From Squalus acanthias (Eukaryota), in the NCBI GenBank assembly GCA_030390025.1, contig CM059449.1, positions 14,756,001-14,820,000 of the forward strand: a stretch of DNA of 64,000 nt, in the 5' to 3' direction. The position numbers and the translations under genes were made by a program. The notes below the pieces were generated by a model. It was given only the letters and a program-made list of their open reading frames with translations, was not told the DNA's origin and ran no database searches. Below, piece by piece: positions 11,658 through 23,600 of this stretch; the stretch's first letter is position 1; every line of letters begins with the position of its first letter.

Positions 11658-14600
11658 GTAAGCGGGCATTCCGTTGTTTCTTCGGGGTAGACGTCAGTCT
11701 CGGGCGGCAGTGCAAAAAATGGGCGATAACGAAGCGGCAATGGAACAGAAAAGCGGGCACAATGCAAACCGGGCCACCCATTCACCTGTTGTGTGCTACC
11801 GCCCAAGATGGATATGATGTCATTTGTCCATTGATCGGCATGTGTCAATCAGCTTCTGTCTCGGTGCATAATTACATCGAATGTACAGCACAGAAACAGG
11901 CTGTTCGGCCCAACAGCTCTATTCCGGTGTTTATGCTCCACACCAGCCTCCTTCCACCCTTTTCTTCTCACCCTATCAGCATGTCCTTCTATTCCTTTCT
12001 CCCTCACGTGTTTATCTGGCTTACCCTTAAATGCATCTATACTATTCGCCTCAACTACTCCCTGTGGTAGCGAGTTCCACATTCTCACCACTCTCTGGTT
12101 AAAGAAGTTTCTCCTGAATTCTCGATTGGATTTACTCGTGACTGTCTTATATTTATGACCCCTAGTTTTGGTCTCCCCCCACAAGTGGAAACATCTTCTC
12201 TACGTCTACCCTATCGAACCTCTTTCATAATCCTAACGGCCTCTCTTAGGTCACCCCTCAACCTTCTCTTTTCTAGAGAAGAGAGCCGCAGCTTGTTCAA
12301 TCTTTCCTGATAGGTATACCCTCTCAGTTCTGGTATCATCCTTGTGAATCTTTTTGGTGGCCCTCTCCAGTGGTTCTATATCCTTTTTATAATATGGAGA
12401 CCAGAACGGTGCACAGTACTTTAAATGTGGTCTACCCAAGCTTCTATACAAGTGAAAGCTTCACAATTTCTGTCAGGGCTAATAACTGAATGGACATTGT
12501 GCCGCAATGGTTCTACATATGTGACAGAGATTTAGGTGTAGATTGTTGAAAATCTACACAGCATCAAACCACTGTAGATCTGACTTGTTATTTGAATAAA
12601 CTTCAGTAGTGAGAAAAGTAAAGAGTTGCATTTATATAGCGCCTTTCACGACCTCAGGACGTCCCAAAGCGCTTTACAGCCAATGAAGGTACTCCCCTGC
12701 TCTTCTTCAAAAGAGTGCCAAGGGATCTTTTACGTCCACCTGAGAGAGCAGATGGGGCCTCGGTTTAACGTCTCATCCGAAAGACGGCACCTCTGACAGT
12801 GCAGCGCTCCTTCAGTACTGCACTGGGAATGTCAGCCTAGATTTTTGTGCTCAAGTCCCTGGAGTGGGACTTGAACCCACAACCTTCTGACTCATGAGGC
12901 GGGATTGCTGCCCACTGAGCCACAGCTGCCATTTTACCACAACGTGACGTACCATTATGATATGCCTCTACGTGTCAAATGGTATGTTGACCTTCATAGC
13001 GAGAGGATTCGAGTACAGGAGCAAGGATGTCTTGCTGCAGTTGTACAGGGCCTTGGTGAGACCACACCTTGAGCATTGTGTGCAGTTTTGGTCGCCTTAT
13101 CTGAGGAAGGATGTTCTTGTCATGGAGGGAGTGCAGCGAAGATTCACCAGACTGATACCTGGGATGGCAGGAATGACGTATGAAGAGAGATTGGGTCGAT
13201 TGGGCTTGTATTTGCTAGAGTTTAGAAGAATGAGAGGGGATTTCATTGAAACTTATAAAATTCTAACAGGACTAGACAGACTAGATGCAGGAAGGATGTT
13301 CCTGATGGCGGGGGAGTCCAGAACCAGAGGTCACAGTCTAAGGATAAGGGGTAAGCCATTTAGGACTGAGATGAGGAGGAATTTCTTCACCCAGAGAGTG
13401 GTGAACCTGTGGAATTCTCTACCACAGAAGGCAGTTGAGGCAAATTCATTAAATATATTCAAGAAGGAGTTAGATATATTTCTTAAGGCTAAAGGGATAT
13501 GGGGAGAAAGCAGGGACAGGGTACTGAATTTGGATGATCAGCCATGATCTCATTGAATGGCAGAACAGGCTCAAGGGGCCGAATGGCCTACTCCTGCTCC
13601 TATCTTCTATGTTTTGATGTCACTTTTATATTATTGAGGAGCTTAAGAATCAAATTCCGTGGGGGAGAACACTGAAAATGCTGAGAGAGATGAGGTCAAT
13701 GAAGTAATGTATTGGACGAGGTAAATATTAGATTTTGGGAGACTAGATTATAAGAAGACCGGTTTGAAGGAGACGAGGAGCTCCAGAATTTTGGACTCCG
13801 AGGAGAGAATGGGGTTGGTTAGAAGACGGCGCTCTGAGTCCTGATTTCAACACGGGGGGGATGCAGGGAGAAGGAACCACTTCCTGGTTTGTCTGGTCTC
13901 TCTGGATGTTGGAGAGGTCCTGTATATGGATCACCTAAGCTTGGTGACCATGTTGGATGCAGATTGGGGTGTGGAACTGAAAATTAAGGGGTGCTTGTTC
14001 TAGGGTAAAAGATCGATGAAATCCGCTGTTCATAGAATGATGCAGCACAGAAGGAGGCCATTAGGCCCATCGTGCTTGTGTTGGCTCTTTGAAAGCTCTA
14101 TCCAGTTAGACACACTCCCCCTGCTCTTTCCCCATAGCCCTGCAAATGTTTCCTTTTCAAGTCTATATCCAATTCCCTTTTGAGAGTTAATATTGAATCT
14201 GCTTCCACCGCCCTTTCAGGCAGCGCATTCCAGATCAAAACAACTCGCTGTGTCAAAACCTTTCTCCTCATTTCCCCCCTGGTTCTTTATCCATTTATCT
14301 TAAACCTGTGCCCTTCATAACTGTTCCTACACGATTGTCTCTCAAAGTCCCACCTCCCAGTCAGACTTTTATTTTTGTGATTTCCAGGGATTAACGCTGA
14401 GAGGTTCACAGTTACTCAGAAGGTGCCCAGTATTCCGGCGGTGGAAGGGGAGACCGTGCTCATCCCCTGTACCCACACAGCCAACGTCTCTAAGGACATA
14501 TGGTCTTACACCTGGCACAAGGACGCCAGAAATGGAACAGAAGTCTCCAGCAGAACAGCAGAGTACAGAGGACGGATCCACACACCCAGAGATGAGGATT

Positions 14601-17600
14601 TTGTCAATAACAGAGACGCTTCCATTCTAATAAAGGACGTGCGTGTGACCGATTCCGGGGTGTATTACTGCAAAGTGCTAACGATGGAACTCGGCGAGGA
14701 ATTTGGAGCCGGAACACGTCTCACTGTCAGAGGTGAGTGATTTGCCTGCCTGCAATATCGTGCGACCCATGGGTGGGAGAATTGGCCCCACAGTCTAATG
14801 GCCCTATCTCCGACTGGTGATCTCCGAAGTGAGACATTTTGGTAGAAAGAACGAGGAGAGGACATATAAACTAAAGGGTATGATCCTAAAGGGGGTGCAT
14901 GAACAGAAAGACCTGGGGGTACATGTGCACAAATCATTGAAGGTGGCAGGACAGGCTGAGAAAGTGGTTAAAAAAGCATATGGGATACTGGGCTTCATAA
15001 ATAGAAGCATAGAGTACAAAAACAAGGAAGTTATGATGAACCTTTATAAAACACTGGTTCGGCCTCAGCTGGAGTATTGTGTCCAATTCTGGGCACCGCA
15101 CTTTAGGAAGGATGTGAAGGCCTTAGAGAGGGTGCAGAAAAGATTTACAAGAATGATTTGAGGGATGAGGGACTTCAGTTACGAGGATAGACTGCAGAAG
15201 CTGGGGTTGTTCTCCTTTGTAAGGGTTTTTTTTTGTCGGGCTTATTTGTAGGTCAGCCAGTTATGTTTTCCTGGACTGTCCTGCGCCCGCTATGCGGTTG
15301 CGAATCGCTATCCCCTTTATTAGTTCTGAGCCCAGGACTTATCGAGCGGCGATAAAGACAAACGAACAGACCCGTGGATTGGTGCGAGGAAAACCAATGT
15401 TTATTTACAGAAGTAAAACTACAGAGAAACAGTATCATATGAAAACGGTTTTACACTTAGCATGGGAAGAGAACGGACACATCGAGGGAAAATCCTAAAA
15501 TTACAATTTTAGCAATATCCCCATTAATCCCCACCCCTATGCCTAACTAGAATTGTCTTGCGACAGCCAGAAGATAATGCTCACCGTTGAAATGGATGGA
15601 AAAACCTGGCCCTGTGCTCTGTTTCTGCCGTCGACACGTGGCTCCGAAGTTTCTGGCAGTCTTCTTTCTTAGCTGCTGGCAGACAGAGCGAACCGAGGGT
15701 CCAGGCAGAGAGAGAGAAAAATGGCTGGGTCTTCCCAGTTATACCCCCTCCGGTCGCTCTAATCTTCCCACCGATCAGCACATTTCTATTGTCTGATCTG
15801 GGCATGATGAATTTTAACAAAAGGTAATGGTCTCGGCCCATGATGCTAGATGGCCGGTAATGGTGTGATACCAGTTCTTCAACTGCCACCCTATTGTTCG
15901 ACAGGTTGGATGATTGTCCAGAACAGTTCCGTTGATGGGCCCAGCGCCGTCTCAATGTCTCCGCTGATTACTTGAGTAAACACCTTGAAGGCCTTATGCA
16001 TAGACCTGATTGTAATGCATAAGGAAAGGTCCTGTCCTGTTGCAGACATCAGAATACACAAGCTGACACGAGGTCCGACCGCGGCCATTTTATGTCCTGG
16101 ATTTTAAAACTCAGTCTGACCAGGGTTTCTTTATTAATAAGTCCAACAACAAACATCTTCGGGGGTGGGGGGGGGGGAAACACATGAAATTTAAGGGGTG
16201 CTTGTTCTAGGGTAAAAGATCGATGAAATCCGCTGTTCATAGAATGATGCAGCACAGAAGGAGGCCATTAGGCCCATCGTGCTTGTGTTGGCTCTTTGAA
16301 AGCTCTATCCAGTTAGACACACTCCCCCTGCTCTTTCCCCATAGCCCTGCAAATGTTTCCTTTTCAAGTCTATATCCAATTCCCTTTTGAGAGTTAATAT
16401 TGAATCTGCTTCCACCGCCCTTTCAGGCAGCGCATTCCAGATCAAAACAACTCACTGTGTCAAAACCTTTCTCCTCATTTCCCCCCTGGTTCTATATCCA
16501 TTTATCTTAAACCTGTGCCCTTCATAACTGTTCCTACACGATTGTCTCTCAAAGTCCCACCTCCCAGTCAGACTTTTATTTTTGTGATTTCCAGGGATTA
16601 ACGCTGAGAGGTTCACAGTTACTCAGAAGGTGCCCAGTATTCCGGCGGTGGAAGGGGAGACCGTGCTCATCCCCTGTACCCACACAGCCAACGTCTCTAA
16701 GGACATATGGTCTTACACCTGGCACAAGGACACCAGAAATGGAGCAGAAGTCTCCAGCAGAACAGCAGAGTACAGAGGACGGATCCACACACCCAGAGAT
16801 GAGGATTTTGTCAATAACAGAGACGCTTCCATTCTAATAAAGGACGTGCGTGTGACCGATTCCGGGGTGTATTACTGCAAAGTGCTAACGATGGAACTCG
16901 GCGAGGAATTTGGAGCCGGAACACGTCTCACTGTCAGAGGTGAGTGATTTGCCTGCCTGCAATATCGTGCGACCCATGGGTGGGAGAATTGGCCCCACAG
17001 TCTAATGGCCCTATCTCCGACTGGTGATCTCTGAAGTGAGACATTTTGGTAGAAAGAACAAGGAGAGGACATATAAACTAAAGGGTATGATCCTAAAGGG
17101 GGTGCATGAACAGAAAGACCTGGGGGTACATGTGCACAAATCATTGAAGGTGGCAGGACAGGCTGAGAAAGTGGTTAAAAAAGCATATGGGATACTGGGC
17201 TTCATAAATAGAAGCATAGAGTACAAACACGAGGAAGTTATGATGAACCTTTATAAAACACTGGTTCGGCCTCAGCTGGAGTATTGTGTCCAATTCTGGG
17301 CACTGCACTTTAGGAAGGATGTGAAGGCCTTAGAGAGGGTGCAGAAAAGATTTACAAGAATGATTTCATGGATGAGGGACTTCAGTTACGTGGATAGACT
17401 GCAGAAGCTGGGGTTATTCTCCTTTGTAAGGGTTTTTTTTTTGACTGGCTTATTTGTAGGTCAGCCAGTTATGTTTTCCTGGACTGTCCTGCGCCCGCTA
17501 TGCGGTTGCGAATCGCTATCCCCTTTATTAGTTCTGAGCCCAGGACTTATCGAGCGGCGATAAAGACAAACGAACAGACCCGTGGATTGGTGCGAGGAAA

Positions 17601-20600
17601 ACCAATGTTTATTTACAGAAGTAAAACTACAGAGAAACAGTATCATATGAAAACGGTTTTACACTTAGCATGGGAAGAGAACGGACACATCGAGGGAAAA
17701 TCCTAAAATTACAATTTTAGCAATATCCCCATTAATCCCCACCCTTATGCCTAACTAGAATTGTCTTGCGACAGCCAGAAGATAATGCTCACCGTTGAAA
17801 TGGATGGAAAAACCTGGCCCTGTGCTCTGTTTCTGCCATCGACACGTGGCTCCGAAGTTTCTGGTAGTCTTCTTTCTTAGCTGCTGGCAGACAGAGCGAA
17901 CCGAGGGTCCAGGCAGAGAGAGAGAAAAACATGGCTGGGTCTTCCCAGTTATCCCCCCTCCGGTCGCTCTAATCTTCCCACCGATCAGCACATTTCTATT
18001 GTCTGATCTGGGCATGATGAATTTTAACAAAAGGTACTGGTCTCGGCCCATCATGCTAGATGGCCGGTAATGGTGTGATACCAGTTCTTCAACTGCCACC
18101 CTATTGTTCGACAGGTTGGATGATTGTCTAGAACAGTTCCGTTGATGGGCCCAGCGCCGTCTCAATGTCTCCGCTGATTACTTGAGCAAACACCTTGAAG
18201 GCCTTATGCATAGACCTGATTGTAATGCATAAGGAAAGGTCCTGTCCTGTTGCAGACATCGGAATACACCAGCTGACACGAGGTCCGACCGCGGCCATTT
18301 TATGTCCTGGATTTTAAAACTCAGTCTGACCAGGGTTTCTTTATTAATAAGTCCAACAACAAACATCTTCGGGGGTGGCGGGGGGGGGAACACATGAAAA
18401 TTAAGGGGTGCTTGTTCTAGGGTAAATGATCGATGAAATCCGCTGTTCATAGAATGATGCAGCACAGCAGGAGGCCATTAGGCCCATCGTGCTTGTGTTG
18501 GCTCTTTGAAAGCTCTATCCAGTTAGACACACTCCCCCTGCTCTTTCCCCATAGCCCTGCAAATGTTTCCTTTTCAAGTCTATATCCAATTCCCTTTTGA
18601 GAGTTAATATTGAATCTGCTTCCACCGCCCTTTCAGGCAGCGCATTCCAGATCAAAACAACTCACTGTGTCAAAACCTTTCTCCTCATTTCCCCCCTGGT
18701 TCTTTATCCATTTATCTTAAACCTGTGCCCTTCATAACTGTTCCTACACGATTGTCTCTCAAAGTCCCACCTCCCAGTCAGACTTTTATTTTTGTGATTT
18801 CCAGGGATTAACGCTGAGAGGTTCACAGTTACTCAGAAGGTGCCCAGTATTCCGGCGGTGGAAGGGGAGACCGTGCTCATCCCCTGTACCTACACAGCCA
18901 ACGTCTCTAAGGCGATATGGTCTTACACCTGGCACAAGGACGCCAGAAATGGAGCAGAAGTCTCCAACGGAACAGCAGAGTACAGAGGACGGATCCACAC
19001 ACCCAGAGATGAGGATTTTTTCAATACCAGAGACGCTTCCATTCTAATAAAGGACGTGAGTGTGACCGATTCCGGGGTGTATTACTGCAAAGTGCTAATG
19101 ATGGAACTCGGCGAGGAATTTGGAGCCGGAACACGTCTCATTGTCGGAGGTGAGTGATTTGACTGCCTGCAATATCGTGCGACCCATGGGTGGGAGAATT
19201 GGCCCCACAGTCTAATGGCCCTATCTCCGACTGGTGATCTCCGAAGTGATACATTTTGGTAGAAAGAACGAGGAGAGGACATATAAACTAAAGGGTATGA
19301 TCCTAAAGGGGGTGCATGAACAGAAAGACCTGGGGGTACATGTGCACAAATCATTGAAGGTGGCAGGACAGGCTGAGAAAGCGGTTAAAAAAGCATATGG
19401 GATACTGGGCTTCATAAATAGAAGCATAGAGTACAAAAACAAGGAAGTTATGATGAACCTTTATAAAACACTGGTTCGGCCTCAGCTGGAGTATTGTGTC
19501 CAATTCTGGGCACCGCACTTTAGGAAGGATGTGAAGGCCTTAGAGAGGGTGCAGAAAAGATTTACAAGAATGATTCCAGGGATGAGGGACTTCAGTTACG
19601 TGGATAGACTGGAGAAGCTGGGGTTGTTCTCCTTAGAGCAGAGAAGGTTGAGAGGAGATTTGATAGAGATGTTCAAAACCATGAGGGGTCCAGACAGAGT
19701 AGATAGAGAGAAACTGTTCCCATTGGCAGAAGGGTCGAGAACCAGAGGACACAGATTTAAGTTGATTGGCAAAAGAACCAAAGGCGAAATGAGGAAAAAC
19801 TTTTTTATGCAGCGAATGGTAAGGATCTGGAATTCACTGCCTGAAAGGGTGGTGGAGGCAGACTCAATCGTCGCTTTCAAAAGGGAATTGGATAAGTACC
19901 TGAAGGGGAAAAACAATTGCAGGGCTACGGGGAAAGGGCGGGGTGAGTGGGACTAGCTGAAGTGCTCTTGCAGAGAGCCGGCACGGGCTCGACGGGCCGA
20001 ATGGCCTCCTTCTGTGCTGTAACCATTCTATGGTGCCTCTGCCAGTATGGTTTCACTGTGGGGAAATTCCGATTGTGGAATCACCCTCCGCTGCAGAGCA
20101 GAGACTATTTAACCATTTTAAATAGCCGGTTGTCGACTTTGCGATTATATAGTGCAGGAACCTCTATGTTAAAGAATAACACTCGTCGGAAATCAAACCG
20201 GTTGGCTGGCTGCATAGTTATAACAAAGGATCTAAGGAAGGACATACTTGCCTTGGAGGCGGTGCAACAAAGGTTCACGAGATTGATTCCTGGGATGAGA
20301 GGGCTGTCCTATGAGGAGAGATTGTGTAGAATGGGACTATACTCTCTGGAGTTTTGAAGAATGAGAGGTGATCTCATTGAAACATACAAGATTCGGAAGG
20401 GGATTGACAGGGTAGATGCTGAGAGGTTGTTTCCCCTGGCTGGAGTGTCTAGAACTAGGGGGCATAGTCTCAGGATAAGGGGAAGGCCATGTAATAACAA
20501 CAACTTGTAGTGCCTTTAATGTAGTAAAACGTTCCAAGGCGCTGCACAGGAGTATTTTAAGACAAAATAAATTGACACAGAGCCACATGAGGATAAATTA

Positions 20601-23600
20601 GGGCAGGTGACCAAAAGCTTGGTCAAAGAGGTAGGTTTTAAGGAGCGTCTTAAAGGAGGAAAGAGAGGTAGCGAGGCGGAGAGGTTTAGGGAGGGAATTC
20701 CAGAGCTTAAGGCCCAGGCAACAGAAAGCACGGCCATCAATGGTTGAGCGATTATAATCAGGGATGCTCAAGAGGGCAGATACCTCGGGGTGTTGTGGGG
20801 CTGAAGGTGATTACAGAGATAGGAAGGGGCGAGGCCATGGAGGGATTTGAAAACAAGGATGAGAATTTTGAAATCGAGGCGCTGCTTAAGCAGCAGCCAA
20901 TGTAGGTCAGCGAGCACAGGCGAGATGGGGAGGAATTTCTTCACTCAGAGGGTTGTGAATCTTTGGAATTCTCTTCCCCAGAGGGCTGTGAATGCTGAGT
21001 CTTTGAGTATATTCAAGGCTGAGATCGATAGATTTTTGGACCCATGGGGAATCAAGGGATATGGAGATCGGGCAGGAAAGTGGAGTTGAGGTCGATGATC
21101 AGCCATGATCTTATTGAATGGCGGAGCAGGCTCGAGGGGCCGTATGGCCTACTCCTGCTCCTATTTCTTATGTTCTCAAGTGGGCATGCTGACCAAAAAC
21201 AAGTCCGTATTTGAATCCAAACCAATATCCGACTCCCTGTCCTGCTCTGGAGACTGACCGAGGGAGGGTTGTGCCTTTGAGCAGCTGGTGAGTGTTGCCG
21301 CTAATCGGGAATTCACTCTGAACGTTGACCCTTCATTACTGGTCCTGCATAACTTAGTCCCAACTTCTAATCAGATAGCAGCGACCTTTCATTCTTCTGA
21401 TTTCCAGGGATTGACGCTGAGAGGTTCACAGTTACTCAGAAGGTGCCCAGTATTCTGGCGGTGGAAGGGGAGACTGTGCTCATCCCCTGTACCTACACAG
21501 CCAACGTCTCTATGGTGATAGGGTCTTACACCTGGCACAAGGACACCAGAAATGGTAAAGTTGTCTCCAACGGGACAACAGAGTACAGAGGCCGGATCTT
21601 CAGGCCCAAGGAAGAGGATTTTTTAAACGCTTCCATTCTAATAAAGGAGGTGGGAGTGAACGATTCCGGGATGTATTACTGCAAAGTGTGGAAGAATGGA
21701 CTCGGCGAGGAGTATGGAGCCGGAACGCATCTCACTGTGAGCGGTGAGTGATTTGCCTGCCTGCATTATCATCGAATTGCAATTGTAATTACCCATATAC
21801 TGACGGAAGATTAGTTTTCAACTTGCTGCCCATGTGTAAAACTGGCGTTAAGAATTGGCTGCCCATTGTAGAAATCATTTCGCTAACAGGTGGCAGATTG
21901 GTAACGCCAGTTTTACTCCAGGGTGATAAATTGAAGATCTTACCCTACATTTCTGTAAATGACCGGTGCAATGTGTAGATTATGTACTGGAACTTTATAC
22001 ACCACATAAAGGGCGGGCGGTGCTACAGGTTAGGCCCTTTCCCCTCTGGGACTGGGTGGTGCAGTGGGTCAGACACTGTCCTTTCCCCCTCTGGGACTGG
22101 GTGGTGTGGTGTGTCAGACACTGTCCTTTCACCCTCTGGGACTGGGTGGTGTGGTGGGTCAGACACTGTCCTTTCCCCCTCTGGGACTGGGTGGTGTGGT
22201 GTGTCAGACACTGTCCTTTCCCCCTCTGGGACTGGGTGGTGTGGTGGGTCAGACACTGTCCTTTCCCCCTCTGGGACTGGGTGGTGCAGTGGGTCAGACA
22301 CTGTCCTTTCCCCCTCTGGGACTGGGTGGTGCAGTGGGTCAGACACTGTCCTTTCCCCCTCTGGGACTGGGTGGTGCAGTGGGTCAGACACTGTCCTTTC
22401 CACCTCTGGGACTGGGCGGTGTGGTGGGTAAGACACTGTCCTTTCTCCCTCTGGGACTGGGTGGTGCAGTGGGTCAGACACTGTCCTTTCACCCTCTGGG
22501 ACTGGGCGGTGCAGTGGGTCAGACACTGTCCTTTCCCCCTCTGGGACTGGGTGGTGCAGTGGGTCAGACACTGTCCTTTCCCCCTCTGGGACTGGGTGGT
22601 GCAGTGGGTCGACACTGTCCTTTCACCCTCTGGGACTGGGTGGTGCAGTGGGTCAGACACTGTCCTTTCCCATCTGGGACTGGGTGGTGCGGTGGGTCAG
22701 ACACTGTCTTTTCACCATCTGGGACTGGGTGGTGCAGTGGGTCAGACACTGTCCTTTCCCCCTCTGGGACTGGGCGGTGCAGTGTGTCAGACACTGTCCT
22801 TTCCCCCTCTGGGACTGGGTGGTGCAGTGGGTCAGACACTGTCCTTTCACCCTCTGGGACTGGGTGGTGCAGTGGGTCAGACACTGTCCTTTCACCCTCT
22901 GGGACTGGGCGGTGCAGTGGGTCAGACACTGTCCTTTCTCCCTCTGGGACTGGGCGGTGCAGTGGGTCAGACACTGTCCTTTCCCCCTCTAGGACTGGGT
23001 GGTGCAGTGGGTCAGACACTGTCCTTTCTCCCTCTGGGACTGGGCGGTGCAGTGGGTCAGACACTGTCCTTTCCCCCTCTGGGACTGGGTGGTGCAGTGG
23101 GTCAGACACTGTCCTTTCACCCTCTGGGACTGTGTGGTGCAGTGAGTCAGGCTCTGTTCTTTTCCCCTCTGGGACTGGGTGGTGCGGTGGGTCAGACACT
23201 GTCCTTTCCCCCTCTGGGACTGGGTGGTGAGGTGGGTCAGACACTGTCCTTTCCCCCTCTGGGACTGGGTGGTGCAGTGGGTCAGGCACTGTCCTTTCCC
23301 CCTCTGGGACTGGGTGGTGCAGTGGGTCAGACACTGTCCTTTCTCCCTCTGGGACTGGGTGGTGCAGTGGGTCAGACACTGTCCTTTCCCCTCTGGGACT
23401 GGGTGGTGCAGTGGGTCAGACACTGTCCTTTCACCCTCTGGGACTGGGCGGTGCAGTGGGTCAGACACTGTCCTTTCCCCCTCTGGGACTGGGTGGTGCA
23501 GTGGGTCAGACACTGTCCTTTCCCCCTCTGGGACTGGGTGGTGCAGTGGGTCAGACACTGTCCTTTCCCCCTCTGGGACTGGGTGGTGCAGTGGGTCAGA

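Larger units (their letters stand above)
13978..19634. repeat. Tandem segmental triplication carrying V1-V3 (period 2207/2210 bp)
   Basis: Near-identical blocks 13978-16184, 16185-18394 and partial 18395-19634. Confidence 0.96.

Noticed and set aside
13978-21800. Rearranging Ig/TCR V segments with recombination signal sequences
   Set aside because: Each exon already contains the J-like GxGTxLTV and a splice donor. Heptamer-like strings (CACTGTG at ~16453, ~18663 and ~21733; CACAGTC at ~14789) have no nonamer at 12/23 spacing.
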